NCBI GenBank assembly: GCA_002269645.1
Contig: NIVC01001115.1
Span: 1-62,157, forward strand
Origin: Macrostomum lignano
Taxonomy: Eukaryota
Direction of reading: 5' to 3'
DNA: 62,157 bases
Below are positions 61,101 through 62,157 of the stretch, one piece after another. The notes beneath the pieces were generated by a model that did not search any database, was not told where the DNA came from, and saw only the letters and a program-made list of their open reading frames with translations. A program made the translations under genes and the position numbers. Position 1 is the first letter of the stretch. Each line of letters begins with the position of its first letter.

Positions 61101-62157
61101 GGGTGTTGGTGCTTCTTGTAGGTGCTTGGTGATTATTTTGGATGTTTGGTGGTTCTTGTAGGTGTTTGGTGATTCTTAGGGTGTTTGGTGATTCTTGTAG
61201 GTGTTTGGTGATTCTTATGGGTGTTTGGTGATTCTTGTAGGTGTTTGGTGATTCTTATGGGTGTTTGGTGATTCTTGTAGGTGTTTGGTGATTCTTATGG
61301 GTGTTTAGTGATTCTTGTAGGTGTTTGGTGATTCTTGGGGGTGTTTGGTGATTCTTGTGGTGTTTGGTGCTTCTTGTAGGTGCTTGGTGATTATTTGATG
61401 TTTGGTGGTTCTTGTAGGTGTTTGGTGATTCTTAGGGGTGTTTGGTGATTCTTGTAGGTGTTTGGTGATTCTTATGGGTGTTTGGTGATTCTTGTAGGTG
61501 TTTGGTGATTCTTATGAGTGTTTGGTGATTCTTGTAGGTGTTTGGTGATTCTTATGGGTGTTTTAGTGATTCTTGTAGGTGTTTGGTGATTCTTGGGGGT
61601 GTTTGGTGATTCTTGTGGTGTTTGGTGCTTCTTGTAGGTGCTTGGTGATTATTTATTTGGATGTTTGGTGCTTCTTGTGGTGTTTGGTGATTCTTAGGGG
61701 TGTTTGGTGATTCTTATAGGTGTTTGGTATTCTTGTAGGTGCTTGGTGATTCTTGTGGGTGTTTGGTGATTCTTGTAGGTTTTGGTGATTCTTGTGGGTG
61801 TTTGGTGATTCTTGTAGGTGTTTGGTGATTCTTGTGGGTGTTTGGTGATTCTTGTTGGTGTTTGGTGATTCTTGTGGGTGTTTGGTGATTCTTAGGGGTG
61901 TTTGGTGCTTCTTGTAGGTGTTTGGTGATTCTTAGGGGTGTTTGGTGCTTCTTGTAGGTGTTTGGTGATTCTTAGGGGTGTTTGGTGATTCTTGTAGGTG
62001 TTTGGTGATTCTGGGGTGTTTGGAGTCTTTTAAGGTCTCTGTGAATCTTGAGGGTTCTGCGTAGCTTGTGACTCACTTGGAGCAGGCGGAGCCTCCCGAT
62101 GTGTACACCTTGCTCCGGAGCTGTACTCGCAAACACCAAATTTGCTGCCCGAACAGA
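58166..62157 (-). CDS. Fragments of a multi-exon Cys-rich/EGF-domain secreted or membrane protein (possibly ADAM-like), with multiple frameshifts; extends beyond the window
   Basis: Exon-like pieces with GTGAGT donors between the arrays: GLCLNGMCVNS (about 61040), CKCASGIGTGA, CSNLTTPCLNGG..CQCPATFVGP(R)C (about 59900-59990, needs frameshifts), and a terminal Leu-rich hydrophobic segment (58166-58260). Confidence 0.45.
58530..59290 (+). repeat. Intronic minisatellite, about 21-bp unit GGGATACCCGATTAGGGAG(A/G)G
   Basis: Direct tandem array, G-rich. Confidence 0.95.
60045..60645 (+). repeat. Intronic minisatellite, 23-bp unit GGGAATGTCTTGGTGGACTCTTC
   Basis: Direct tandem array. Confidence 0.95.
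61070..62025 (+). repeat. Intronic minisatellite, 20-bp unit GTGTTTGGTGATTCTT(GTAG/ATGG)
   Basis: Direct tandem array, with alternating variants forming 40-bp dimers. Confidence 0.95.

Noticed and set aside
27525-62025. Short direct-repeat arrays as CRISPR arrays
   Set aside because: The repeats are contiguous with no unique spacers, there are no cas genes, and the context is eukaryotic with introns.

Overview
Eukaryotic (metazoan) genomic DNA. The GC-rich exons, minisatellite-filled introns and tandem gene duplicates suggest a free-living flatworm such as Macrostomum, but that is my inference and is unverified. From left to right: (1) a full-length, recent Ty3/Gypsy LTR retrotransposon on the minus strand (537-12417; 4-bp TSD, tRNA-Leu PBS) whose single 1543-aa Gag-Pol ORF has intact RT, RNase H and integrase motifs but no recognisable aspartic protease; (2) a 9.3-kb Mutator (Rehavkus/NOF-like) foldback DNA transposon (12945-22214; 9-bp TSD) encoding a spliced transposase + Ulp1 protease + PHD protein with a 16x acidic repeat; (3) a nearly CpG-free fossil block; (4) a KCMF1-like gene whose first recognisable exon has no in-frame ATG; (5) a probable non-autonomous Helitron loaded with satellites; (6) an atypical Rho GTPase head-to-head with a FAXDC2-like sterol desaturase; (7) an intronless secreted neprilysin-like gene; (8) a tandem pair of CUB/C-type-lectin receptor genes; (9) a tandem pair of scramblases; (10) three related SINE copies; (11) a frameshift-riddled EGF/Cys-rich gene running off the right end. 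About 13 different 17-33-bp minisatellites are interspersed. Several 1-nt indels suggest an error-prone long-read consensus, so single frameshifts should be treated cautiously. Coordinates were counted by hand, and no database searches were run.
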